64,000 bases of DNA from Octopus vulgaris (lineage: Eukaryota): NCBI GenBank assembly GCA_951406725.2, contig OX597823.1, positions 868,001 to 932,000 on the forward strand. Direction: 5' to 3'. This document shows positions 12,900-24,796 of this stretch, in pieces (positions within the stretch are counted from its first letter, which is position 1; every line of letters begins with the position of its first letter). The position numbers and the translations under genes were made by a program. Below the pieces are notes generated by a model. The model was not told the origin of the DNA and made no database searches. It worked only from the letters and a program-made list of their open reading frames with translations.

Positions 12900-14698
12900 T
12901 TACTGAAAGAGGTAGAAGTTGAGAGTGAGGAGTGAAGGGAAGGAAAAAGAGGAGAGCTGAAGGACGAGAAAGGATTTATAAAACTAAGAGGAGGAGGTGT
13001 AAGAGTAGAAGGATAAATGTTCGTTTAGATCTGTTGGTGCCAAATTTGAATATGAAATGTTCTCCCCCTCCATTCCATTTAGAATGTAGATCCCTGGTGT
13101 GTAGCAATGCCACACACTGATGAGGGATGGAATGGCCTGAAGTGTTGAAGTGTCTGGGGAAAAGTTGACCTGGCATATGTAGTAATATGCTTTAAATCAT
13201 CATCATCATCATCATTGTTTAACATCTGCTTTCCATGCTAGCATGGGTTGGACGGTTTGACTGAGGACTGGTGACCCAGGAAGCTGCACCAGGTTCAATC
13301 TGATCTGGCAAGGTTTCTACAGCTGGATGCCCTTCCTAATGCCAACCACTCCGAGAGTGTAGTGAGTGCTTTTATGTGCCACCGGCAGTCGGTTCTGGCA
13401 ACGACCATGCTCAAAAGGTGTTTTTTATGTGCTACCTGCATGTGTGCCAGTCTGGCGGCACTGGCAATGACCTCACTCGACTGTTGCTTTTCATGTGCCA
13501 CCAGCATATGTGCCAATAAGGTGACACTGGCAATGATCATGCTTGAATGGTGCTGTTCATGCATCACTGGCACGGGAGCCAATCCGTGGGCCTGGCAATG
13601 ATCATGCTCGAATGGTGCTGTTCATGCATCACTGGCACGGGAGCCAATCCGTGGGCCTGGCAATGATCATGCTCGAATGGTGCTGTTCATGCATCACTGG
13701 CACGGGAGCCAATCCGTGGGCCTGGCAATGATCATGCTCGAATGGTGCTGTTCATGCATCACTGGCACGGGAGCCAATCCGTGGGCCTGGCAATGATCAT
13801 GCTCGAATGGTGCTGTTCATGCATCACTGGCACGGAGCCAATCCGTGGGCCTGGCAATGATCATGCTCGAATGGTGCTGTTCATGCATCACTGGCACGGA
13901 GCCAATCCGTGGGCCTGGCAATGATCATGCTCGAATGGTGCTGTTCATGCATCACTGGCACGGGAGCCAATCCGTGGGCCTGGCAATGATCATGCTCAAA
14001 TGGTGTTCTTTACATGCCACCAGCACGGGAGCCAATCCTTGACCCTGTCAATGATCACGCTTGTATGTGCTTTTTTCTCCAATATAAACCGTGTGGCAAA
14101 GTTTACAAATGATGAGATTGAACGGTGGGCATTGGAAGCTCTGAGTGATGTTGTGTTGTTGTGTCTTAGGCCCAGTGATGGTTTTAGGATTGTTTATGGA
14201 GGGGCAGGTGTTGCATCATTGGCAAAGGCATTCAAAAGCGGCTTGTTGTGTGGAGCTGGATGCTGTGGAGCTTCTTCCGAGGAGGCCTCTGAGGTTCTTA
14301 CCTTTTTTCAAGGTGAGGAGGGGTGATTTGAGAAAGACTGGAGTGGTTGTTGTGTTAGGAAGCAGAGTTTGTTTTTCAATGGAAGGTGAGAGAGAAGGGA
14401 ACACAATCCATAAGCGTGCGTAAAGAAAGTAGGAGAGCAGTGGCACGGCTGATGGTTGGGGCCTGGTGGAGTGCAGGTTCCACAAGTGAGCAAGGGTCCA
14501 CTCAATTCAGAAAGAATTATTGCATTTTCTCACTTTGGGATTCAAAATCTGAATCAATGTTGAAGAGTTGATAAAGGTGAAGGAATTGAGAAAATGGTTT
14601 GACAGATTTAGTGTGTTTGGGGTGAGAAGAAAAGGGGCAGAGGGAAGAATGGGAGTTTGTTGGTTTGTGTCGAGATGATACATAGGTATTTCCATCTG

Positions 14699-14700
<2 letters not shown>
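12900..14700 (-). mobile_element. Decayed Neptune-type Penelope-like element, interrupted by an insertion at ~13197-14070
   Basis: Minus-strand remnants in order: KPFSQFLHL (RT thumb); KGKNLRGLLGRSS; CLCQ*CNTCPSI..TITGP..SFQC...ICKLCHTVYIGEK (Cys linker plus YIG); then RHFNTSGHS...EHFIFKFGT beyond the insertion. Confidence 0.72.
13529..14060. repeat. Minisatellite, 64-65 bp unit x ~8, near-identical
   Basis: GGCAATGATCATGCTCGAATGG... begins at 13529, 13594, 13659, 13724, 13789, 13853, 13917 and 13982. Confidence 0.95.
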
Positions 14701-14732
<32 letters not shown>

Positions 14733-16615
14733 TATTTAAAACAGTTTGATTCGGCCCTATGCAGCTTAAGTTTTGCAGGATTCTAAACAGAAACTCTAAG
14801 TTGCATGGGACCCCAAGTCAAATGGTTTTAAATAATATATTCAACTCCTGTTAAATGATGTGTTCAGTGTCTTTTCCTTTCGTTTGTTGATTCGCCTGCA
14901 CACACACACACGTGCGCATGTGCATGCACACACACACACGTGCGCATGTGCATGCACACATGGATATGCATGTCCACCACATTCTCTTCTCTTGTATATT
15001 GTGGCCGATTCCTTTTATGCCTGGTTTTTCTCTTGGCTCATTTCTCGCCTCAACTCCATTCCAGTGAATAACATTCTGCCTCCAGTCAAGCATGCTTTCT
15101 TCATTTCTTTCTTCACTTCATGCTTTCTTGTTATTTAAGGCTTAAGGCTTTGTTACCCTGCAGTATTACATTCCATACACAAGTGTCACACAAAGAATCC
15201 CTTTGTTGTTGGTAGAAGTACTAGTTCCCTCAACCCTTTCTCCCTTGTTCTTATCTGGCTGCTATGTTTTCAGAACACCCATCTCCACTGCTAATTATGT
15301 AACCAAGGCAACCGTCTCTTTCTTCTAATTATGTAACCAAGACAACAAAAGCTGCCAACTACTTCTAAGAGTCTTCTTGAGTATTCAAAGGGATTCATTT
15401 CTTTAATGACTTTATTACTTTATTACTTCTGTGTCTCGACTCGACTACTTCTCTATATTTTCTACACTGTGTATATGAGACTCTTCTATTTGGCTAATCA
15501 TGAAATTCTTCTCGTCTGTCAATCTTATTTCTGATCCTGCTGCATGCCTTTTACACCCTTAATGTTGACAGTAGAGACATCATGTAACAATTCTGATTTG
15601 CTCCTTTTCTACATATCAAGCAAGGCCACTTCCTAGAAGGCAGGAAGGTCCTGTCTTGTTTTCTGCTAAAACTTTTGTCTTTTTGATTCTAAGCCTTGTT
15701 TTCATTTTTGAAATTTCTTTGCTTCTTCAACAAATTCAGCTGAGAACTTGGTCACTGACATACAGAAGTTCCTATGGAGAGCCAATCTTAAATTCTTTGT
15801 TATGACCTGAAGGACTACAATAAACAGGAAGGACCTAAGTACCAAGTCCTAATAGACATCTACCTGAATACTAAATTGTTTGTTGAACTCCTTGTTAAGC
15901 CTGTGATGTGTGAGGATTAGCATGTTCCCTCTGCGTATCATAAAATGTGACTAAAAGAGGGTGTTGGATTTGTACTCCAACCTTGTAAAGCCCTCACCTG
16001 CAATGACTGTCCAAAACAGACCCCCATGAGTTGGAGGGTTGTGGCCTGAATAGTACAAAGGTGTCATCTATCAAGAGTAGGAAATCACCAACGAATGGTG
16101 GATCCAGTATCATTCTGTTACAGTGCATGCCTTCATACTACCACTTCTTGCTGAATCTCACCTGTCTGTGGTTTGTGTACTGCTTGCGAACCACTCATCT
16201 GCTTTTAGTTGTCTTAGCAACCACCAGATTACAGAGCATGGTACCTTGTCAAAGGCCCTCCTCAGATCATCAAATGCTAACTGTAATGGCTCACTCTTTG
16301 ATTATAACTTCTGTAATTTCTTTCCTAGCAAGAGATGTCTGTGGTATCATCAGGGTACAAGCCTGAACTGTGTGTCAACTCAACTAATCTCCTTATTAAT
16401 TTGTTCTGCTGTAACTAATTCTGTTCCTTCCCAAATTTGGTCCATCACTTTGATGCCACTGTAGTTGCTTCTTTCTAGAACATCTCCTTTGTCCTCGTAG
16501 CAGTAAAACTCATTGGAGATGATCTCTTCTTGTACTACCTCATTGACTTTGCTATCAAAACTACCACTACTACACTATTCAAATTCTGCTCACTTTTTAC
16601 TGTGTCTGCCTCCAG

Positions 16616-16711
16616 GTGGCCTCACTGGTCAATCTTGCTTCCAACTATCTGAATGCTGGCCTAGACGCCACCCGACATGGGACAGCACATCAGAGTATTG
16701 TACCTTACCAA
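16616..16711 (+). CDS. SUGCT: SUGCT-like coding exon
   Basis: ccag|...caa|gtaagt. Translates VASLVNLASNYLNAGLDATRHGTAHQSIVPYQ. Confidence 0.95.
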
Positions 16712-18255
16712 GTAAGTAAACTTCTCCAAAATTGTCTAAATGTACATAACGAGGGTTTGTGTGCAAAAAACAATTAACTAAAATAGATAATCATTTATGT
16801 TTGTAATATTTTGTGCTACATAAGGCAGTGAGCTGACAGAATCATCAGCCCACTGGTGGGGTGGGGGCAATGTTTTGTGGCGTTTGTCTGTCTTTATGCT
16901 CTGAGTTCAAATTTGACTAAGGTTGACTTTCATCCTTTCAGGGTCGATAAAATAAGTACCAGTTGAACACTGGGGGTCAATGTCATTGACTTACCCACTG
17001 CCCCAAAATTGCTGGCCTTGTGCTAAAAATTTGAAACCAAAATCATGGGTTGCATGAAATTGTAGGCAAGGCCTGAATCTTTATTCATCAAGAAGTATGA
17101 ATTACATATTTGCCCGTAGGTCTACACATTCGTGTGTGTTCCCCACTATGGACACACACACAAATACATGTGCACATGCATATCCACAAGCATTTATGTT
17201 CAGTGTTTTTTTTATATCTAGTTTTTTCATGCTGGCATGGGTTGGACAGGTCTGCTACACAACACATCTTTGTCACCACCCCCCTTTCATCCTTTCTTTT
17301 TAGAGGACACAATTGTTTGACGATGAGTATTGGTTGATCAACCAAATCAATTTCTCTTTCAATTAATACGCACTGTGGCTGAGTGCTCCACAGACACATG
17401 TGCCTTTAACATAATTCTCAAAGAGAACCAACATGATACAGTGATAAGGCCGGGATTTTTGAATATCACAGGGGCTTCCTCATAGTTTCCATTATCCCAA
17501 TTTCTTTTACAAGTTTTGGCTTGGCCTGAAGCTCTGGTAATGGACCCTCATCTCAGATGCCTTGTCAGGGACTGAACCTAGAACCCTATGATTGGGAAGT
17601 AAATTCCTTAAACATTTGGCCAAGATAAAACAACAACACCAATAACATTGTGTAGCACGATTTTCGTCCTTGGGTTGCAATTATTATTTCTTATTTTCTT
17701 ACTCCTAGAAAATATGAAAAATGGCCAATATTTCCTTCAAATTTTGCCTTTGTCATGATATTTATTGAGTCCCCAAAGGATCTCTCTCGGTACCTGGCTA
17801 TGTTGCTCTCTTACTACTCCTGCTCATGATCAGAGATGCACATATTATCAGCCACTAAGGGACATGCTCAAGTGGAAAAGGTCAAACATCCGGTATGGAG
17901 CAGAATATTTGCTATAATGATATTTCTGCTTCAGCAACTCAACGCTGAATCTGTGTGAAATGTAATGGAAAATAGGTCAGTTTCGAAACATTGATGTCCA
18001 CGTGACAAAAGCAAAGTTTGAAGGGAACACTTGTCCCTTTCGTTTCTAGATAGGAGCAAAGAGGGGAAAATACTTATTGACTGAAGACAAAATAAATAAG
18101 AATTTTGTTACACTGTGTAATTAACAGAGAGAAATTCAGTTTTCTCTTTCTATAGTTGTTATTTCATTATGCATCTGACTCCAGATATGACCCTCACCAC
18201 TTAGTCTGAATTTAGTTTCTCTCTATTAATATCTGAATCCCTCTCTCCATTTCAG

Positions 18256-18327
18256 GCATTTTCAACATCTGATGGTTATTTACTGGTCGGGGCTAACAAC
18301 GATAATCAGTTCAAGGCTCTGTGTAAG
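18256..18327 (+). CDS. SUGCT: SUGCT-like coding exon
   Basis: ttcag|...aag|gtaagg. Translates AFSTSDGYLLVGANNDNQFKALCK. Confidence 0.94.
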
Positions 18328-18779
18328 GTAAGGGTGTCTTTGATAGCTTTGTCTTTGTGCACGTGTGTGGGTGGGTGTGAGAGTGTGTGTGAGTGAGAGA
18401 GAGAGAGAGTGTGAGTGTGAGTGTGTGTGTGTGTAAGTGGGTGTGTGTGTGAGAGAGGGAGAGAGAGTGTGAGTGTGAGTGTGTGTGTGTAAGCGGGTGT
18501 GTGTGTGAGAGAGAGAGAGAGTGTGAGTGTGAGTGTGTGTGTAAGCAGGTGTGTGTGTAAGAGAGAGAGTGTGAGTGTGTGTATGTGAGTGAGAGAGTGT
18601 GAATGTGTATGTGAGTGAGAGAGAGAGTGTGAGTGTGTGTATGTGAGTGAGAGAGTGTGAGTGTGTATGTGAGTGAGAGAGAGAGTGTGAGTGTGTGTAT
18701 GTGAGTGAGCGTGTGTGTATGTGTGTGTGTGTGTGTGACTTCTCTATAAGTTCCTTTGCAGGTAAACTTTACCTTGGCC

Positions 18780-19701
18780 AATACCAGGCTGTGTTCCCAG
18801 ACTAGTTCTGTAGCATGCCAACAGGTGGCAGCACATAGCTGCATATGTGCAGTGAGAGCTAGCAGTGAATTTCACAAGGCAGTGTGTTGAGTGACATCAG
18901 TGTGTTTACTTTGAGACATTGCTGTGTCTTTGCGATCAGGTGTGTATGCTGTAGTCTGCAATTTTTGTCATGGACAGGAAATTAGAACAAAGAACCAATG
19001 TGAAATTTTGCATGGAAGTTGGGAAGTCTGCTACAGAGATATTGAGTATGATGCTTTGGCAAGCTAGTGGCAACAAGGCACTGAGTCGTATGCAATGCTT
19101 TGAGTGGCACAGGTGCTTCAAAAGTGGAAGAATGTCCTGGAAGACAACAAGCAATCTAGAAGACCTGCTACAAGTGTCAGCCCCGGAAATGTGGAGAAAA
19201 TTCCTCAGCTTGTGCATAAGAATTGATGGAGGACAATCAATGCCATTTTGAAGTATTTGAAGGAGGACATTTGGTGAAAGCGAGCGGACTTGTAGAGTGC
19301 AAAGAATTGGATTCTTCATGACAATGCACCCTGTCACTGAGCTCTCCTCACTTGTGAATTCTTCACCAGAAACAATATGGTGGTATCACTTCTGCACCTG
19401 CCTTATTTGCCAGATTGAGCACTTGTAGACTTCCATCTCTTCTTCAAGATGAAGAGACAGCTGAAAGGTTGCTGCTTTAACACTGTTATCGAGATCCAGG
19501 GAGAATTGCAGAAGCTCCTCGACTCACTTATGGGAAACGACTTCCAGCCAGGCCAGACTTCCAAATTTGGCAGCAATGCTGGGACCAGGGTATTGCAGCT
19601 GCACAAGGTGACTATTTTGAAGGAGATGATGTTAAAACTTAGGTAAATAAGTTCTTTTTTTTATTAAACATAACTAGTCCGGGCACTTTTTGATACCACC
19701 C
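18780..19701 (+). mobile_element. Degraded, internally deleted mariner-like transposon
   Basis: MDRKLEQRTNVKFC...EWHRCFKSGR HTH region, HDNA and YLPD*ALVDF remnants, and a TIR-like 3' end at 19677-19701. The left boundary is uncertain. Confidence 0.75.
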
Positions 19702-19811
19702 CACCTCATACACATTTACATATACCTAATAATACACACAGATGTACACCTGTCTGTCTTTCTATGAGACATTTTTCAAGGAGTAACAATCTGTTATTCT
19801 TTCCCTGCCAG

Positions 19812-19909
19812 GTTCTACAAGCTGAAGATCTGTACCAAGATGACAGATTCAAAAGCAACCAGAAAAGAGTCCTTAATCGAGACGTTCTTATCAAAAGACT
19901 TTCAGAAAT
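19812..19909 (+). CDS. SUGCT: SUGCT-like coding exon
   Basis: ccag|...at|gtgagt. Translates VLQAEDLYQDDRFKSNQKRVLNRDVLIKRLSE(I). Confidence 0.93.
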
Positions 19910-20506
19910 GTGAGTAACTTTGATTCCTTTCATTGGAGACTATTTTGGCAAATTCTTTGTTCAACTTCTCTCATCATTGAAATTCATCTTTCTCTACACA
20001 ACATCCCTTTATGTTTACCAAGATGATTAATGGTGAAGATATGTGGCTTAGTGGTTGGGCGATTCCACACACAATGCATTCGATTCCTGGTGGTGTGTTG
20101 TGGCCTTGAGCAAGACACTTTATTTCACTTTATTGCTCCTATCCTCTCAGTTGCCTGTAATTCAAAGGGCCAGTCTTGTCACATTCTGTGTCGTGCTGAA
20201 TCTCGCCTGAGAACTACATTCAGGGTTTGCATGTCTGTGGAGTGCTCAACCACTTGCACATTAATTTCATGAGCAGGCTGTTCTGTTGATTGGATTGACT
20301 GGAACACTCGTCATCATCACCCATGCAGTGTCAAGATGATTAATGGCTGTGTTTGTAAGGACACAACTGGAACCTAAAATTCCAGCTTCTCATGCCATTG
20401 TTGTTGTTGTTTAGTCTTCAGTCACCCTTGGCTGAGCAGATCTAAGACCAAAAGTGCTCCAGCATGATCTGTTCTTTTTCTTGGGTATTGCATATTTAGG
20501 ATTATA

Positions 20507-22081
20507 TGAGAGGTGTTCATTAAAGATTTCCTCTGACTCACTTCCAATTATTGCAAGAAATGGAACTGATACAGATATAATCATACATGTCTCTCCGTGT
20601 CACATTGTAAATTCCAGCTTCCCATAAGAATTCGTTTGTCTTTTATGGCTGTTGAAGTGGACTAAGGTGTTATAACGGAGGTAGTTGAATGCAGATCAGT
20701 GATCAAGGTTCTTATACTTGAAAGGTCGTACACCAAAAGAAACTTTTGATGTGATGAAAGAAGTTTATTGTGACAATGCACCATCATACGACATAGTCAA
20801 GCACTGGCATCACCAGTTCAAATATGGTCAGACATTGGTGGAGACTGATCCTGTTGCTGGACGATCAGATTCCACCATTGTTATATTGTTCTAATTTAAT
20901 TCTATTTTCTGATTAAGTATCAAACTAAATTTACTGACTGAGCTTTATTTCATGCGTTCACCTCGTCTCCTTTTAAAGTGAACTTTTGACTGCTTTCTAA
21001 TTTACATATTGGTTTGTTTCATAAGTGGCATAAGATACTTTTTGCATGTGGATCTTTAGGTTCTGCTTTTTTTCAATCAGTGTGCATTTTTGAGTATATA
21101 TTGTGTTGTATTTGCTCACATATTCTCTCCATTATTGGCTTGCATTCGAGTAATGTAATACAGGTTAATAGTTCTTTGATGGTGACGCCATCCATAAAGT
21201 TGAAGCCACTATTTTGGAGGATCGCCGCCTAACTATTCAGCAACTAGCGCAAGAAATGAAGATAAATGTAGGGTCTGTGTAAAAAATCCTTTACAGTCAT
21301 TTGCACATGTGGAAGTTGTCTACATGATGGATTCCTCAGATGCTCACACCTTTACAGAAGCAGGATCGAGTCAATTGCTCCCAGGCTCTTTTGGCAATGT
21401 ACCAAGAAAACGAGGAGGGTATTTTCAGCAGACTTATCACATAGGATGAAACATGGGTTCATCACTATGATCCTTAGACAAAAGTCCAGTGAAAGCAATT
21501 GGAGCTTGATAACTCACCACCTCCAAAGAACGGCTCATATCCAACCCTCTGCAGGTAAGGTGATGCTCACAGTCTTTTGGGACCAGTGCAGATTAGTGAT
21601 GATGGTGTTTCTGGCAAAGGGCACCACAGTTAACAGGGCATATTATGCTTCTCTGCTGCAGAAATTGCTGGACACCATCAAAGCTGAGAGGTGTGGCATG
21701 CTAACCAAAGGAGCCTGCCTCCTCCAAGACAATGCCCCAGTTGCCCAGATGAAAGCATACTCCTGCGGCTATGAAATCCTTCCCCGTCTCCCTTCCACCC
21801 CCACCCCCCGACCTTGCATCATTGTCTGACTTCCACCTCTTTCCAACCAGGAAGTCTTTTTTCAAGGGGAAGCACTTTTTGGAGGATGATGAACTTATTT
21901 CTGAGGTAAAGGCTCCAGACGCAACCTACCGACTCCTACAGATGAGGTCTTCACAGCTGCATAAAGCAACATGTGTCACCATTGGTGGTGGCCATGTAGA
22001 GCAGGACTAATAATTATGCCAAGTTTCGTTTATCCCAGACCTCGGGAAGTGGGTCAGGGGAAATCTTTAATGAACCCTTTG
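20507..22081 (+). mobile_element. Degraded mariner transposon with a ~300-bp internal insertion (~20880-21180)
   Basis: TIRs GTTCATTAAAGATTTCC..TGAC.CACTTCC at both ends with TA flanks. DETWVHHYDP, SAGKVMLTVFWD, LLQDNAP and SDFHLFP remnants. Confidence 0.88.
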
Positions 22082-23395
22082 TATTATTTGTTCAAGGTGG
22101 TCAGGTGTAATTTGAGGGAAATTTGGCTCCTATTTCTAGCAAGTTGATCAAATATGTAGCTGTTCTCTCATTGGTTTATTATCAAATTAGTTTTGAATTC
22201 TGCAATTTATTCCAAGACTTTATTCTATGAAAGTATTCTTGCAATTTTGTGCAGCATTTATTTGGTTTAACCTTTTCCATACCAAGTTCCCTTCTCCCTA
22301 CAATTGCCCCAGCTTTTATTTGTTTCAGTCATTGGACTGTGGCCATTCTGAGGCAATTCCTTGAAGAAATTTAGTTGAATGGACCGACTCCAGTATTTAC
22401 TATGTTCTTTGTAAAACCTGGTGCCTATTCTATCATTCTCTTTTGCTGAACCACTAAGTTACGGGGATGTAAACACAGCAACACTGAATGTCAAGTGGTG
22501 GTGGTGGTGGACAAACACAGACACAAAGACACACACACACACACAACAGGTTTCTTTCAGTTTCCATCTATCAAATCCACTCACAAGGCTTTGGTCAGCC
22601 TCAAAAAATAGCAGAAGATAGTGGGACTGAACCTGGAACCTGGACTTAATAGAATCTTCCTCTTTCAAAGTGATCTAAGTTGAAATCTTCCATCAAACTT
22701 TCAAAAATTCCAGACACCAGCTTAAAATTTCAAAATTAATTGAAATAAATGTCGCATATTTCAATGATTCATTTATGTTTCCTTTTAGAAATGTGTGAAC
22801 AGCAGTTGACAGGAATTGGTTGAGGAAAGATTCTGTAGCGATAACTGAGAGCACTTTATGTGGAATCCTTTTGTTGGCTGCTAGGAATTAGGGCTCGGAA
22901 TTAGAAGAATAAATGATGGCTGAGAGATGGCTGTGATTCATATTGAAACCTCATCCTTGTTTTATGTTGTCCAAGTGATTAAGACTTTGGGGCATGGTTG
23001 AGACAATGGCAAATGCTTACTGGAATGTCTATTGTTTGCTATAAAATCTTTTATTAAATTCTATGAATAGATTAAATAAATGAAAATAAAGCTATTGAAT
23101 TATTTTTATATTTGAATTCTAATCCTCAATGATTCCTCAATAATGAAACCTTTCACTTATTTGATGGGAAATTATTTTATCTCCCTATCCATCTTGAAGT
23201 AATGGCATCGGTTTTGGGTTTCCAGTGGGCAAATCATTGCTTGTAGTGAGGTTGTCAGGGGAGTATCTGTAACATGTATAGGATAAAATACAATTACAAT
23301 TATAAAGTGAATAATAATCTGGAAAGAGACTGAATTTATATTTTAAATAATTGGGAATTTTTTTGTGATTTTGTTTGTTTTATTTCATTGAACAG

Positions 23396-23498
23396 TTTTG
23401 GTGAGAAAACAACTGACTTTTGGTTGGAGAAGATGGAAGGATGTAATTTTTCTTATGGTCCAATAAATAATCTGAAGCAAGTGTTTAATGACCAGCAG
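23396..23498 (+). CDS. SUGCT: SUGCT-like coding exon
   Basis: aacag|...cag|gtgagt. Translates (I)FGEKTTDFWLEKMEGCNFSYGPINNLKQVFNDQQ, with the YGPINN motif. Confidence 0.94.
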
Positions 23499-24732
23499 GT
23501 GAGTATTTTAGTAATCTGTATCTGTGGAATAAGGCAGGGACATTGCCCATAGCTTGAGCAGGGGCAGCGTGGGGGGGGGGGGGAGGGTAGCACCCTTGGA
23601 ATATGAATGATGTAGAGTGAGATGTGTAGAATTAATTGGAATTTTGACTGAAGTATGATATAAAATAATATGTGTTGCATGTAAGGCAGTATTTAAGCAT
23701 AGTTTGTATTGAAAAACCTGATAAACATATGGGACACATGGTTGTAGAACTAATTATTGTTGAGCCAGAGGTCAGCCCTGACTGTGAAGGACAAAGGGTC
23801 AGCCCTGACTGTGAAGGACAAAGGCATTCCAAATGTGATCATTCCATCTTTGTTTTAAGTATAAAGTATCTAGGATTACATTAGTATGGATACATATATC
23901 ATGTCTTCTCTTTGTAAGGGTGTGATTTGAGGGAGATTTAGCTGTTATTTATAGCTGTTTGAAAAACCACAAAGAAACCCCTTTCTTTGTCTTGGTTGTT
24001 GCAGAGAAAGGGTACGTTCTGGAATAGAAGACATTTGTAGTGTTTGCTAAATGGTTTAGGGAAAACAAAGACAGTTGTTCTTATAAAAAGTAGAAACAGG
24101 TTTAACCTGAAGCAGAAAATGACTTTTAAAACCATACATGCCCATCACTTAAGAAATATCTGTTGTTATTGGTACCTACAATCAGTTGTGTCCCCGTATA
24201 TTTATACATGGAAATAACCTGTTGGACTGACTGGAGTCACAGACCTCAATAGAAACATCAAAGAGAGCATTGCATCCTTCTTCAAGTAATGTTTGGATGT
24301 CTGCAATGCCAAATGATAGAATTGGTAAATTATATGACTGCAGTACTGTTAGTAGGTGTATGGCAGCTTTAATTTCCTGGTGATCTATTGAGAAAGAATT
24401 GGAGATCCAGGATCTGGAGAAGAAGTTAGTTTTTTGGATTAACATGTACTTATTAAAAAAAATTTATATATCTGTGAAGTAAATGAAAGAAAGAAGATAG
24501 GTAAATATAGAGATAGAGAGAGAGAGAGAGAGAGAGGGAAAGAGGAAGTAAGAGAGCGATTTACTCATAGACTAGTGTTGTAGCAGTGTTCTGGTTTATT
24601 GTTGTTGTCCATTGTTATCCTATACCAATTCTTCCATGACTCTTGAACTTAGCAAAACATATTGAAATGGTGTCACTAACTGAACTGTTCTAGTAAAATC
24701 TGAATTCTGTTGTTTCTCTTCTTATTTCAAAG

Positions 24733-24796
24733 GTGAAGGCTTGTGGATTAATTCAGGAAATTGATCATCCAACTATTGGCAAAGTTCGTTTGCCTG
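24733..24796 (+). CDS. SUGCT: SUGCT-like coding exon
   Basis: aaag|...g|gtaagc. Translates VKACGLIQEIDHPTIGKVRLP(A). Confidence 0.93.

Noticed and set aside
13529-14060. CRISPR-like appearance of the 65-bp array (also the 20-bp array at 47795)
   Set aside because: Units are contiguous and near-identical with no unique spacers, in a eukaryotic context with no cas genes.
14208-14260. 'VASLAKAF' as the SUGCT exon following LLSTQ
   Set aside because: The true exon with the correct motifs and splice sites is 16616-16711. This stretch is antisense PLE sequence.
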